This document shows, one piece after another, positions 38,019-48,064 of a stretch of DNA of 64,000 nucleotides (position 1 is its first letter; every line of letters starts with the position of its first letter). A model generated the notes under the pieces. It saw only the letters and a program-made list of their open reading frames with translations, had not been told where the DNA came from and ran no database searches. The DNA comes from a virus. Location: the IMG/VR virus record IMGVR_UViG_3300032050_000075, positions 1 through 64,000 of that record; one strand, 5' to 3'. Both the position numbers and the translations under genes were made by a program.

Positions 38019-41000
38019 TTATTTACAGCCTAATGAGTTTAAAAGGTCGTTATCTCTTTGTTCTTTTGTCATGGACTTGGCTTTCTCCACGTCCTCATTA
38101 ATAGTATTTATAAGGTCTTCCTCCGTAGTAACAGTATTCAAATTCTCATTTGACAACTGTTGTTCTTCAGTAGTAACCTCAGGAGTAACCTCTATAGAGG
38201 GAATCCCCGTCTTATATATACTAGCAATTTCGTTAGGTATTTCACTTTCTATAAAAGTTACTCTATCTTCAGTACCGACAGGTTGAACCGTAATGGTTCT
38301 ATTAGCTGCATCAGTCTCAATAACTCTTGCGCGTTTTAATGGGAACTTGCCAGAATCTTTCATTACAAGTACAGTGTTTTCTGTTAACTCTTCAAATTTA
38401 ACTAATTCTGTAGGAACCGCAGTTGCTTTTTCTGATACTTCTGGTCTAGGTGTACTCTTATCTATAAGATTATTCGCAACATTCCAATTATAGATAATGT
38501 TAGCCGCATTAGCAGTTGTTTGAACCCATTTTGCAAACTCAGAATCCATCATGGCTTTCTGACCAGCATTGATCAGATTGTTATTATCAATTCTAAATTG
38601 TGCACGTAACTGAGCAATTAGATCTTTAGGAATATCTCCTACGGCCATATCTGTAGTAACTGGTTTAGTTACAGTAGGAACTTCTGGTTTAAGACTTACC
38701 TCTTCTTCAACCTCAGCAGGCTGTTCTTCTACTACTTCTACAGTCTCTGGCATACCTTCAAACTTATACCCCATAGCCTCTTCAAAGTCTTTGAGATATT
38801 TTATTATGTCGGCATACTTAGGACTATCTTTTTCAACAGCGGTCTTAGTTGCAACATCAATAAAGACAGAAGGCAATGCTTTACCTTTTACAAGATTCTC
38901 AATTTCATCAGGTAAGATGAATACTTGAAACTTATCGTATAGTTCTGCAATTACTTCATTAGAATCCTTCCTACGAATAAACTCAGAATAGGCATCCTCT
39001 AAATACTTTTTACTTACCTCTACAACCTGTCTTTGCGAATCACTAAATCTTCTGGCTGTTTTAAAGAAAAAGTTTGGGTCATTTAATTTATTTACGTTAG
39101 CTGCTGCTACTCGTTTATCATGATCTAATTCATAGTAGTCCTGAAGATCGATAACTAACTTGTTCATAGAAGCATCGTTCTTAGGTAGGTCAGTCACAAT
39201 AGATATATATGCTCTTAAATCTTTTTCAAGTTCATTTCTAGAATATTCCAAATAATCTGGAACAGCATCCTCATCAACTGGAGCCTCTTTATCTACTAAA
39301 CTTTTTCTGTATTTTTCAAGGTCCATACTGTACAAATCAATACTAGCACCTAATGCAGCCAATGCCTCATAGCTTTTCTGCTTTTGTTTTGCTAGTTTCT
39401 TTTGTTCACTATCTCCTTGTGATAACACTACTGCTTCACTTTTTAAAAGATCTAATTCTTCTTTTAGCTGAGTAGTATTAAAGATATTAGTAAGCTTTCC
39501 TGCAATTGCTCCACCTGCAAATCCCCTAGCTTCCTGAAGAATGCTACCCATTCTTTTTTCAGCTTGGTCAAAAGTATATTCATTATAGATGGCAGCTTTT
39601 CTTGCAAGCTCAAATCCCATATAATCAACAATCTCATCTGAGTCTGGATCAAACGGATTCTTTATAGTGCTGTATTTTTGATGACGCTTAGAGATTTCTT
39701 CAATCTTATTTTCAACACCAGTAAGCTTTTCTCTAATTGATTTATTATATTCATCAGCATTTCCATTTTCTTGGCTATAGCCAAATGCCTGGAGTAATTC
39801 ATCATCAGTTAATTGCTTGAAACTTCTAATCTGATCTTTTAATAAGTCTATATAACCTTTATTCAAAAGGAGTTCAACATGTTCAAAGATTGAATCTTGT
39901 GACGCATCCTTATGTTCTTTTTTATTGCCATCAGATTCAGCACGATCCATTGTTGTTGCAAAGTCCTTCTGTGCTTGTAGATTAGCATATACAGAATCAA
40001 ATAAAGTCTTAGGGTCTGCAGCAACATCATTTAAGAAGTTAGTTATCTTTTCTTGCTGTTCTTTTCTTGTTTTTTGTCTTTCAGCATATTTTGTAGGATC
40101 CTTTCTTCTTTCCTGAAAATCTTTAACTACTTGCGGAGCATACTGAAATGCCAATGCTTGTGGCCCTTGAACAAGACCTCCCATCAAGAAACCAGATAAG
40201 AATGTCTCAGCACCCCTACCTGATATTTGATTTCCAAATCCCTCACCTAATGCAGCAGTATATGATAAATATCCTGCTCTTTCAGGATTAAGATACTTTT
40301 GAGTAAAGTAATTTGTTGTTGCTTCACTTACAGCCTCTTGATATACTTCTTGTAAACCTTCTGTAAGGTTGGCCGATAAATAGCGCATGCCACCTTTAAC
40401 TAAGTTTTTAGGCTTAAATTGGTTAGCAATTCTTTTAGCATTTCTTGTAGTAAACCACGTCTTAGGGTCAGCTGGATCAATGAATCCTTCATATTTCTTA
40501 CCCTTACCACCTAATCTCTTTACCATTGTTCCAAGACTACCTTCTCCAACTTCTCTAAATGGTTTAAACCCATTTAATGCTTTATCAAAAACTATCTTGT
40601 TAGAATATACAATGGCCGGCATATTCATCAGTGTAGTTCTAATACCTGCATCTTTTGCTGTTTTAAGCATCTTATTAGCAGCAATGTCATCCGGAGGCAC
40701 TACATTATTTTTATTCCAGTCTTCAATAAGTTTATTAAAGACCTCATTCTGTACAAAACCACCTTCTAATCTTGATTCAGCTAGTGCAGTATTCATCAGT
40801 CGCATATCTCTGAAGAAAGAACCAAATGTTTTAGTTGCCTTAGCTACATCAGTTAGCTTATCAAAACCGTTTGCACCAGTGCGTACATTCTTAATAGTTT
40901 CAGCAGTATCTGAAAAAGGATTTATAAATCCAGCTACCCCATTCCAAAACTTTCTAGCCTGAGAAACATCTTGTACTGAATTAACAGCACTTGTCATTGA

Positions 41001-41885
41001 GGCAGCTTCTGCAACTGTCTTACTTGCTTTAACTGCGTCGGCCGCATTCTCAGCAGCGCTCCCCATAGAGAATAATTTTTTTATATTAGCTCCAGTTCTT
41101 GCTATAGCTGGTGCTGCTAATGCACCTTCAGTTAATGCTGCTGCACCCCATAATGCTACTTCTTCGGCAAGCATTTCCCCCATTACACCGAAGGTATATG
41201 CAGAATTTGCAAATTGGTTAGTCATAAAACCACCAATACCACCTCTTGATGTTGATGCAATAGACATAAGCCTATTCATCTCCCTAGCATTTTTGGTATC
41301 TCCTGCTGTATTTAGAGTAAACAAATCATCCCAGTTTTGGGCAGTTTGTTTAAATCCTAAACCGGCAAGTTTACCCCACTGATTCCATGCCCTACTAAAA
41401 TCATCTGTCCAAGAACTATTAGCATTATAGATAGATTCATTATCTACATATGGATTCCATCCCAATTGTTTGAATGAGGGATGTGCATAATATCTATCAA
41501 AATTTAATTTATTAGGTCCAGCAGTAAATCCAATCTTTCTTGGCCCTATAACAGCTGTATTTTCAGGGATTGCTCCCGGAGCAGATATACCACCAATTAG
41601 TCCTTTTACATAATCAACATTACCTCCTTGCTTTGGTCTAACAACATTAGGCTTAAATGAAGCCATACCGTTGTATGTACCTAATTGTTCGTTTGCTTTC
41701 TGTATATTTCCACCAGTATAGACACCACCATTACCTGGTTTTTGTAATAACAACTGATCAATACCCTGTTCTAATCTAGGTACTGCTTGATCTAAATACT
41801 GTTTAGTTTGAGCAAGAGTATTTAAATATTGATCAATAGGATCGACACCCTGTATGCCAGGAGGTATTTGAAAGTTATCTACCAT
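38019..41885 (-). CDS. virion cargo/ejection protein
   Basis: 1288 aa; Ala/Gly-rich amphipathic segments, EGLQEVYQ and FLSGFLMGGL; upstream of the vRNAP. Confidence 0.65.
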   Translation of the reverse strand: MVDNFQIPPGIQGVDPIDQYLNTLAQTKQYLDQAVPRLEQGIDQLLLQKPGNGGVYTGGNIQKANEQLGTYNGMASFKPNVVRPKQGGNVDYVKGLIGGISAPGAIPENTAVIGPRKIGFTAGPNKLNFDRYYAHPSFKQLGWNPYVDNESIYNANSSWTDDFSRAWNQWGKLAGLGFKQTAQNWDDLFTLNTAGDTKNAREMNRLMSIASTSRGGIGGFMTNQFANSAYTFGVMGEMLAEEVALWGAAALTEGALAAPAIARTGANIKKLFSMGSAAENAADAVKASKTVAEAASMTSAVNSVQDVSQARKFWNGVAGFINPFSDTAETIKNVRTGANGFDKLTDVAKATKTFGSFFRDMRLMNTALAESRLEGGFVQNEVFNKLIEDWNKNNVVPPDDIAANKMLKTAKDAGIRTTLMNMPAIVYSNKIVFDKALNGFKPFREVGEGSLGTMVKRLGGKGKKYEGFIDPADPKTWFTTRNAKRIANQFKPKNLVKGGMRYLSANLTEGLQEVYQEAVSEATTNYFTQKYLNPERAGYLSYTAALGEGFGNQISGRGAETFLSGFLMGGLVQGPQALAFQYAPQVVKDFQERRKDPTKYAERQKTRKEQQEKITNFLNDVAADPKTLFDSVYANLQAQKDFATTMDRAESDGNKKEHKDASQDSIFEHVELLLNKGYIDLLKDQIRSFKQLTDDELLQAFGYSQENGNADEYNKSIREKLTGVENKIEEISKRHQKYSTIKNPFDPDSDEIVDYMGFELARKAAIYNEYTFDQAEKRMGSILQEARGFAGGAIAGKLTNIFNTTQLKEELDLLKSEAVVLSQGDSEQKKLAKQKQKSYEALAALGASIDLYSMDLEKYRKSLVDKEAPVDEDAVPDYLEYSRNELEKDLRAYISIVTDLPKNDASMNKLVIDLQDYYELDHDKRVAAANVNKLNDPNFFFKTARRFSDSQRQVVEVSKKYLEDAYSEFIRRKDSNEVIAELYDKFQVFILPDEIENLVKGKALPSVFIDVATKTAVEKDSPKYADIIKYLKDFEEAMGYKFEGMPETVEVVEEQPAEVEEEVSLKPEVPTVTKPVTTDMAVGDIPKDLIAQLRAQFRIDNNNLINAGQKAMMDSEFAKWVQTTANAANIIYNWNVANNLIDKSTPRPEVSEKATAVPTELVKFEELTENTVLVMKDSGKFPLKRARVIETDAANRTITVQPVGTEDRVTFIESEIPNEIASIYKTGIPSIEVTPEVTTEEQQLSNENLNTVTTEEDLINTINEDVEKAKSMTKEQRDNDLLNSLGCK

Positions 41886-44800
41886 TATTCTTCAGTTTCT
41901 GATAGTTGAGCTGGATCTTTTACAGAATTATTTCTTATGGAGTTTAACTGATTAATATTAGACTGGCTTACCTGCGCAAAGAAATCCTTGAAGTAACTTG
42001 TAATGCTGTTTAAATCGCTATCAGAAGATCCAAATATTGGATTGCTAAGAAACTTTCCTAGTTCATCAACTGCTTTTGCATGTCCACTATAACTATATCC
42101 GCCAAGTGCATTTCTAGTTACAGTAAGTTCACCAGCATCTTTAAAGCTAGTTATGGTAATTTTACCATCTAGATTCATAAGCATTTCATCATTACTCATT
42201 CTCATTGCTTGAAATGGTGCCGATACGGCTTTATTGGCATCCATAAAGAAAGTAATCTTGGTATCTTTACCTTCTGATAGTCTTTGTTGTAATTTCCAAG
42301 TAGGTCCTTGTTCCTTTTCATTACCTGCATGTTCCATAATCCAGTCAGGAGAAGGATCCAATGTTACAGCTACTTTATTGGCATCATTAGCGGCAACCGC
42401 ATTTAAATAATATATTCCCGTTGGTCTCTTTTGATTTTCACCAGTCTTGCCACCATAATTCATACTAGCTGAAGCAAAAAATGTTTTTAATGCAAGTTCA
42501 GCACTATTATCATGTTGAAAATCCTCAGAAGCATATTCTTCTGCTGTAATGTCGAATCCAGAACCATAAACGACTTTTGCACCATAATCATCTCTAAATG
42601 ATGGAGATGCCATCTTTGGAAGGAAATCTTTTTGAAAAATGTCCATTCCCATTGCATATCCTAGTGTATTATAGTTAGCTGCATCAAATCCATAGATTTT
42701 TGCGTTTGTAAAAAATCTATTTAATCCATCTTTACTGACAAGATTATCATCAAATACTGATTTTAATTTTAAATTACCATCAGGATTTTTAGATAGAGTT
42801 TCATGTGCTTCTTTAAGATTCTCATAAATATCAATTGCATCATCTCGCATATCTGCAATTCTTTCTTCCTCAGAAATGCCATATTCAGTATCTCCACTAA
42901 AGTCAGTACCCATAAAACTTCTAATTCCAGTTTTAGGATAATCCTGCATATTATTTTTATTGGCCTCAATATATGCTGCAACAAATTCATTTTCAGTTCT
43001 AGCACTAGTCATGTCAGGTCTCCAGAATAACTTACTTGTTTCTGCAGTAGTACCAGCTTCATTTGCCATAGCTACACCTATCTGCTGATTGTTTTGAGTC
43101 ATTGTGTTTTTAAGGCTGGCAATTAATCGATTACCATTATCAATATTTACTTGCCTTCCTTCCATTGCAATTTTTGCCTGAGAAATACCATCTTCGTATG
43201 ATGTACCTTTATATAAAGTATGGGCTTGATTGGTGGCATTTAAAACTCGTTTGTTTACTTCATTATAGTAATCAGTAGAACTTGGGTCCGATAAATTTGT
43301 AAGATCACCTACAAGTTGGTATATGCCATTTTGATCTTTTGCTACTAATCCTCTACTCTTTACAGCTCCAGGAACTGTAATGGTTTCTTTACCAGTAAAG
43401 CCTTCTACAATATTTGCAGCACCAGCACCAAGTGCAGCAGTACCAGCAGCACCGATTGCTATTTGTGCTGGCAATGTCGCTCCGCCAGTAAATACAGTAC
43501 CAAGTAATGCCTCTGCCCATGCTCCTACACCAAGTACAGATTGCATGAAACCTTTTCCAACTTTACTCCAGTCAGTCGGAAGATCTTCGCCATCTTTAGT
43601 ATAATCTTGTTGCTTATCAATTATTTGGTATTCTACTACTGCTTCTTTTATATCCTGTTCAGCTTTCTGCTTCTGCTCAGGCGTTGTATTAGGATCAGTA
43701 AGAATGGTATTTTGAAAATCTAAAAATGACTGAATATTTTCTTTTACAAGAGAAGTATTAGTAGTTGTTGTCTGATCCAGGGCAGCTTCATTTTCTCTTT
43801 GAATGGCAACATTTTCAGTCGTTGTTCCACCAGGTCCAGGAATAGCAACATCTGCACCTGTATTAAGTAATGGATTTAATGATCCACCAGGTACTGCATT
43901 TCCTGTTTCTTTAAGTATCTCCGTTGCGATATCCATAATTTTGAGAGTCTTCTTTTTCTCAAAATCATCTTGTTGTAGCATCCATTTATTTCTAAACTGA
44001 ACTGCTTCAAGATCATATGGATTAACCTGAAAATCTACCTTAGCTTTACTAGTAGCATATTGTGATGCAGTAGTAAGAGCAAGATCATCTATCTTAAAAT
44101 AAGATAGTGCATTATCAACTCGGTATCTTAATGACTCACGGTCCAAGCCGTTAATATCAATACCATCTACTTGTGATAATACTTCTTTATTTTTATTAGA
44201 GTCAGCAGCTAATACAGATTGGTCACTAAGAGTGCCTTGATACATTGCAACCAGATCTTTATCTAACTCAGGATCAATACCATAGGTAGCAACTCTATTT
44301 TCAATTACTTTTTTATTTGTATTAGCAGCTTCTAGTTTTTCAGTTGTCTGCTTATTTAATTCCGCATAGTACCGATTAATTTCAGTTACTTTATTTTGCA
44401 AGTATTCCGTTTCAGCAGCAAACTCATCACCATTAAACTTTATGGCATTCTCTTTAGAGTAATTCTTTCTTTCAAGATATGCCTGAGTTTCGGTCATTGC
44501 CTTTACTCTAGGGTCGGAAAGCAATACTGATGAAAATGTATTTTGAAGAGTAGGAATTGCCTGTTGACCATTGGTATGCTTAAAAATAAATCCATTAGAG
44601 AAATCTAGGTACTCAGGATTAATGTTGTTATCTTTAGCAAACTTAAATAGTTTTTCTGTGGTATCAATATACGGTGTATACTCTGGATTTCTATATCTCA
44701 ATGACTCATCATCACTTGATTTAGCAAAATCTTCGGCCTGATAATGTAATGCTGTTACACCTTCATTCCAGTATCTTTCATCATTTTTAGGATTAGGATT

Positions 44801-45181
44801 CCTCTTAAGTGCATCAGCTCTTTGCAGCTGACCATAATACTGTTTTGTAAATGCTATATCTTTTCTGAAATAGTCATTATCAATCAGAGGTTGGAATAAC
44901 TTACTTGCTTCCAGAACATTTTCCTGCAGAGATAAATCCACACCAGAAAGTCGCTTTATATCAGCATCAATTTGTGTAAATAATGAATCCCTTCTATCTT
45001 TATTATCTTGTCTAAGTAGTTCAGAATTAAGCATTTGGCCATAGATAGAACTGATTCTATTATAGCCAGCTTGATACTGCTGCTGCTTATGTTCAAGTGC
45101 AGATTGGAAAAAGTTAAAATCCGGCTTAAACGGCTGGATTTGTGGAATGTAATCTTGTATACCAGGTATGTACGTTGCCAT
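41885..45181 (-). CDS. virion cargo/ejection protein
   Basis: 1098 aa; N-terminus MATYIPG...QPFKPDF; Gly/Ala hydrophobic hairpin near 43400-43550. Confidence 0.6.
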   Translation of the reverse strand: MATYIPGIQDYIPQIQPFKPDFNFFQSALEHKQQQYQAGYNRISSIYGQMLNSELLRQDNKDRRDSLFTQIDADIKRLSGVDLSLQENVLEASKLFQPLIDNDYFRKDIAFTKQYYGQLQRADALKRNPNPKNDERYWNEGVTALHYQAEDFAKSSDDESLRYRNPEYTPYIDTTEKLFKFAKDNNINPEYLDFSNGFIFKHTNGQQAIPTLQNTFSSVLLSDPRVKAMTETQAYLERKNYSKENAIKFNGDEFAAETEYLQNKVTEINRYYAELNKQTTEKLEAANTNKKVIENRVATYGIDPELDKDLVAMYQGTLSDQSVLAADSNKNKEVLSQVDGIDINGLDRESLRYRVDNALSYFKIDDLALTTASQYATSKAKVDFQVNPYDLEAVQFRNKWMLQQDDFEKKKTLKIMDIATEILKETGNAVPGGSLNPLLNTGADVAIPGPGGTTTENVAIQRENEAALDQTTTTNTSLVKENIQSFLDFQNTILTDPNTTPEQKQKAEQDIKEAVVEYQIIDKQQDYTKDGEDLPTDWSKVGKGFMQSVLGVGAWAEALLGTVFTGGATLPAQIAIGAAGTAALGAGAANIVEGFTGKETITVPGAVKSRGLVAKDQNGIYQLVGDLTNLSDPSSTDYYNEVNKRVLNATNQAHTLYKGTSYEDGISQAKIAMEGRQVNIDNGNRLIASLKNTMTQNNQQIGVAMANEAGTTAETSKLFWRPDMTSARTENEFVAAYIEANKNNMQDYPKTGIRSFMGTDFSGDTEYGISEEERIADMRDDAIDIYENLKEAHETLSKNPDGNLKLKSVFDDNLVSKDGLNRFFTNAKIYGFDAANYNTLGYAMGMDIFQKDFLPKMASPSFRDDYGAKVVYGSGFDITAEEYASEDFQHDNSAELALKTFFASASMNYGGKTGENQKRPTGIYYLNAVAANDANKVAVTLDPSPDWIMEHAGNEKEQGPTWKLQQRLSEGKDTKITFFMDANKAVSAPFQAMRMSNDEMLMNLDGKITITSFKDAGELTVTRNALGGYSYSGHAKAVDELGKFLSNPIFGSSDSDLNSITSYFKDFFAQVSQSNINQLNSIRNNSVKDPAQLSETEE

Positions 45182-45211
45182 TTCTTATACTAAAATACGA
45201 AGAAATTTATA

Positions 45212-45235
45212 AAGTTTAATAAACTTCTCAAGTTT
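45212..45235. promoter_or_regulatory. alternating hexamer array AAGTTT-N3-AAACTT-N3-AAGTTT upstream of the cargo/vRNAP genes
   Basis: Read directly in the 57-bp intergenic gap. The regulatory role is inferred. Confidence 0.4.
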
Positions 45236-45238
45236 AAA

Positions 45239-48055
45239 TTATCGTGTATAACCTACTGTATATGCAAATGGAACTAGTCCTCCTTTTTTATAACCCTGTC
45301 CATCGGTATAGTAATTACCAGGTCCAGGATTTTGCACAAACATATCATTAGGTATCGCATTAGAATAGGCATTATAGAAATTCTGTTGCGCTGAATATTG
45401 TTGTGGCTTTAATCTAGAATTTGCGTTCCAAATTGCTACAGCAGATTCCTCAGAAATATCAGGATGCTGATTTTTCCATTGAACAAAGGCATTAGCATTT
45501 TGTGTCATTGCAGATGCCTGTCCAGCATTCTCGTCTGCCATCATCGGCATACCAGATCTGAAGTTCATAAATCCGCCTGTAGATGGGTCAACAATATAAT
45601 TTGGATAGAGTTGATTCAATACCTGTGCCTGTGCACGATTAGTAACTGCATCAATATATGCTTGACGCAGGTTACCTCTTGCCATGCGCTTGGCATTATC
45701 ATAATTCTGATTAAGAGTATTAAACTCATCAACATACTGTTTTGTAAACTGCTGATTCTTGATGGTGGCCTCATTTAGAATATCAGTCTTCTTATAAGCA
45801 AACTCATTAGATACACCAACATTTAAGTTATTATATCTACCCATTGTGTTGGCAATACTTTCAGCAGCAGTTCCTTGTATGGCAGCCAAACGTGCTCCCA
45901 TTGACTGTGCAGATGTACCCATACCTCTAGCTACATCAGCAGCCATTCCAGCCGTTTCCTGAATAGCAGCAATCTCTCTTGATGGATCATAGAATGTAGG
46001 CTGTGGAACGTACGGGGTATATGTAGGTTTGTAAGGCTTATACCTCTTAATGCTATACAGATCTTGAAGTGCGCCAGATGTTTTAATAATATCCTGTAAC
46101 CACCAAGGCGAATAACTACCTGATCTTGTATATTTAGGAGATTCGCCACGGACAACATCTTTAATTTCTTCTTCAGTTGTTACTTCCTCATCAGAAATTT
46201 GGGTAATTGGTTTATCATAGGTAAAGGCATCAGCATGTTCAAGGCCTAGTTTTTTATCTGACCCAAGACTTGGTCTAAAGTCCTCATCTGCAAAATAGGA
46301 TTCTACAGCATCTGCAAAACCAAGACTAGAGTATTCCTTACCATCACGATCCTTTATTACTCTTTTAGGGTCAAGCTTTGCTACTTTTCTACCTGAGATA
46401 AAATCTTTACTGTAAAGCTTTTCTGGATTTTCTATGTTAGCTGCAATATGTGGATCTGAAATATCAAATCCTAGATTGTACAGCATTTCTTTTCTATTCT
46501 TTCTTTTCTCGTCGTTAGTAACAACATTTGGATTATTCCAGTCAGCTCCCGTCTTATCTTGATTCTTAGCTTTCCAGAAACGGTACTCATAAAAATCAGA
46601 GTCAGTATATCCGTAGAATCCAGAGTCACCAGAGCCTTGTAATGAGACATTTAGTTCAGGAGTACCTACACCAATTTGTCCATTAGCCTTACCTACAGAA
46701 AAGAAGTCAGTTAAGAATTCTTTCTCCTCTGTATTTAGTTTACTCTTTGCTGAATCCTTAATTTCCCATCCAGGATTTCTTGTCTCATTCCCTACTTTAA
46801 ATGGTTTATCATGATATACAGCTGCTTTTTGATTCTCAAGTTTATTAAGAATTTCTAATGCTTTGCCTTTATTTTGTTCAAACTGTGCAGGATCAATTTG
46901 CTGTCCTGACTTAGTCGCCCTAATAGGTTTATTAATATCATATCCGCCTATTTGGTAATACTTACCATCTGTTTCTAAATAGATATCACCAGTACTAACT
47001 GCTTTATCTTTAGGTACTACTTTAGTGGGGTCAATATTAGTTGTCTTCTTAGTCGTAACCCGGTATCTTTTACCATCACGTTCAATTATTCTTTCTCCCT
47101 CTTTAGTAGTAGGAAGATTATTTTGTCCGTAGAATGCTGAATCAAAACTCTTAACACGGATACCTCTACCATCTACATAGTAAGGATTACCATTTGAATC
47201 TTGTCTATAGAATATTCCCGTAGATGGATCTGGTTTTTCTTCTTTGGTTACTGTGCTTTCAGATACTACTTGAGTAAGTAAATCTGTATAAAGCTGAACT
47301 AAGTAATTTCTTTCTGCATCTCTTCTTGCTCTTCTTTCTGCTTTTCTAATTTGTCTATTAGACGGCAAAGAATTTAATTCTGCTTCTTGTTCAGGAGTTA
47401 CTTGTCCACCAACCTGATATGTAGACATACTTCCACCATATCTAGCCATTGGCATCTGACCTCCACCAGCTGACTGTAAATCAGTTGGTAAAATCATTGC
47501 AGGATCTATGTTATACTTTGCCAAGTATGGCATAGCAACTAAAGGAATTCCTCCTGGGAATCCTTTCATAGATTCTTGAATCAGTGCTAGTTTTCCAAGC
47601 TTAATCTGAAAGTTTGCAATGTTTAGTTCAGCAGTTTGAATCTGTAACTTATCCGAATCTGGATCTTGCAGAATTCTTCTAAACTTATTTATATCATACT
47701 TCTTAGCAATCTCAGCAGGAGTGTATCCTTTATTGCTTGCTGGCATTCCAAATTCCTTCAGAAGATCTGCATCCTTAATCCTCATACTCTTTGTATCACT
47801 AAATACAAAAGAGTCTGGAGGTATATTCATCGGTACACCACCCTCATAGTGTCTTGGACCGTGAATTCTATAATGTGCTGGCAATCCTTCTTTATCTGGA
47901 AGGAATACAGTTTCACCACCTTCTGTCTCAACATTAGCCATAGACCTGTCTACAGGTCCTAATGATTGGCGTACAGATAACGGCTTTTTAGCTAATGAGT
48001 TTGGGATATATGTTGGGGCCATTTGATAGGCCTGTACAAAGCTTTTATTATACAT
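45239..48055 (-). CDS. virion structural/cargo protein (ANVETEGGE...GPRHYEGGV type)
   Basis: 938 aa; the N-terminal motif resembles crAss-like cargo proteins; x-x-x-GG repeats. Confidence 0.65.
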   Translation of the reverse strand: MYNKSFVQAYQMAPTYIPNSLAKKPLSVRQSLGPVDRSMANVETEGGETVFLPDKEGLPAHYRIHGPRHYEGGVPMNIPPDSFVFSDTKSMRIKDADLLKEFGMPASNKGYTPAEIAKKYDINKFRRILQDPDSDKLQIQTAELNIANFQIKLGKLALIQESMKGFPGGIPLVAMPYLAKYNIDPAMILPTDLQSAGGGQMPMARYGGSMSTYQVGGQVTPEQEAELNSLPSNRQIRKAERRARRDAERNYLVQLYTDLLTQVVSESTVTKEEKPDPSTGIFYRQDSNGNPYYVDGRGIRVKSFDSAFYGQNNLPTTKEGERIIERDGKRYRVTTKKTTNIDPTKVVPKDKAVSTGDIYLETDGKYYQIGGYDINKPIRATKSGQQIDPAQFEQNKGKALEILNKLENQKAAVYHDKPFKVGNETRNPGWEIKDSAKSKLNTEEKEFLTDFFSVGKANGQIGVGTPELNVSLQGSGDSGFYGYTDSDFYEYRFWKAKNQDKTGADWNNPNVVTNDEKRKNRKEMLYNLGFDISDPHIAANIENPEKLYSKDFISGRKVAKLDPKRVIKDRDGKEYSSLGFADAVESYFADEDFRPSLGSDKKLGLEHADAFTYDKPITQISDEEVTTEEEIKDVVRGESPKYTRSGSYSPWWLQDIIKTSGALQDLYSIKRYKPYKPTYTPYVPQPTFYDPSREIAAIQETAGMAADVARGMGTSAQSMGARLAAIQGTAAESIANTMGRYNNLNVGVSNEFAYKKTDILNEATIKNQQFTKQYVDEFNTLNQNYDNAKRMARGNLRQAYIDAVTNRAQAQVLNQLYPNYIVDPSTGGFMNFRSGMPMMADENAGQASAMTQNANAFVQWKNQHPDISEESAVAIWNANSRLKPQQYSAQQNFYNAYSNAIPNDMFVQNPGPGNYYTDGQGYKKGGLVPFAYTVGYTR

Positions 48056-48064
48056 AGTACAAAA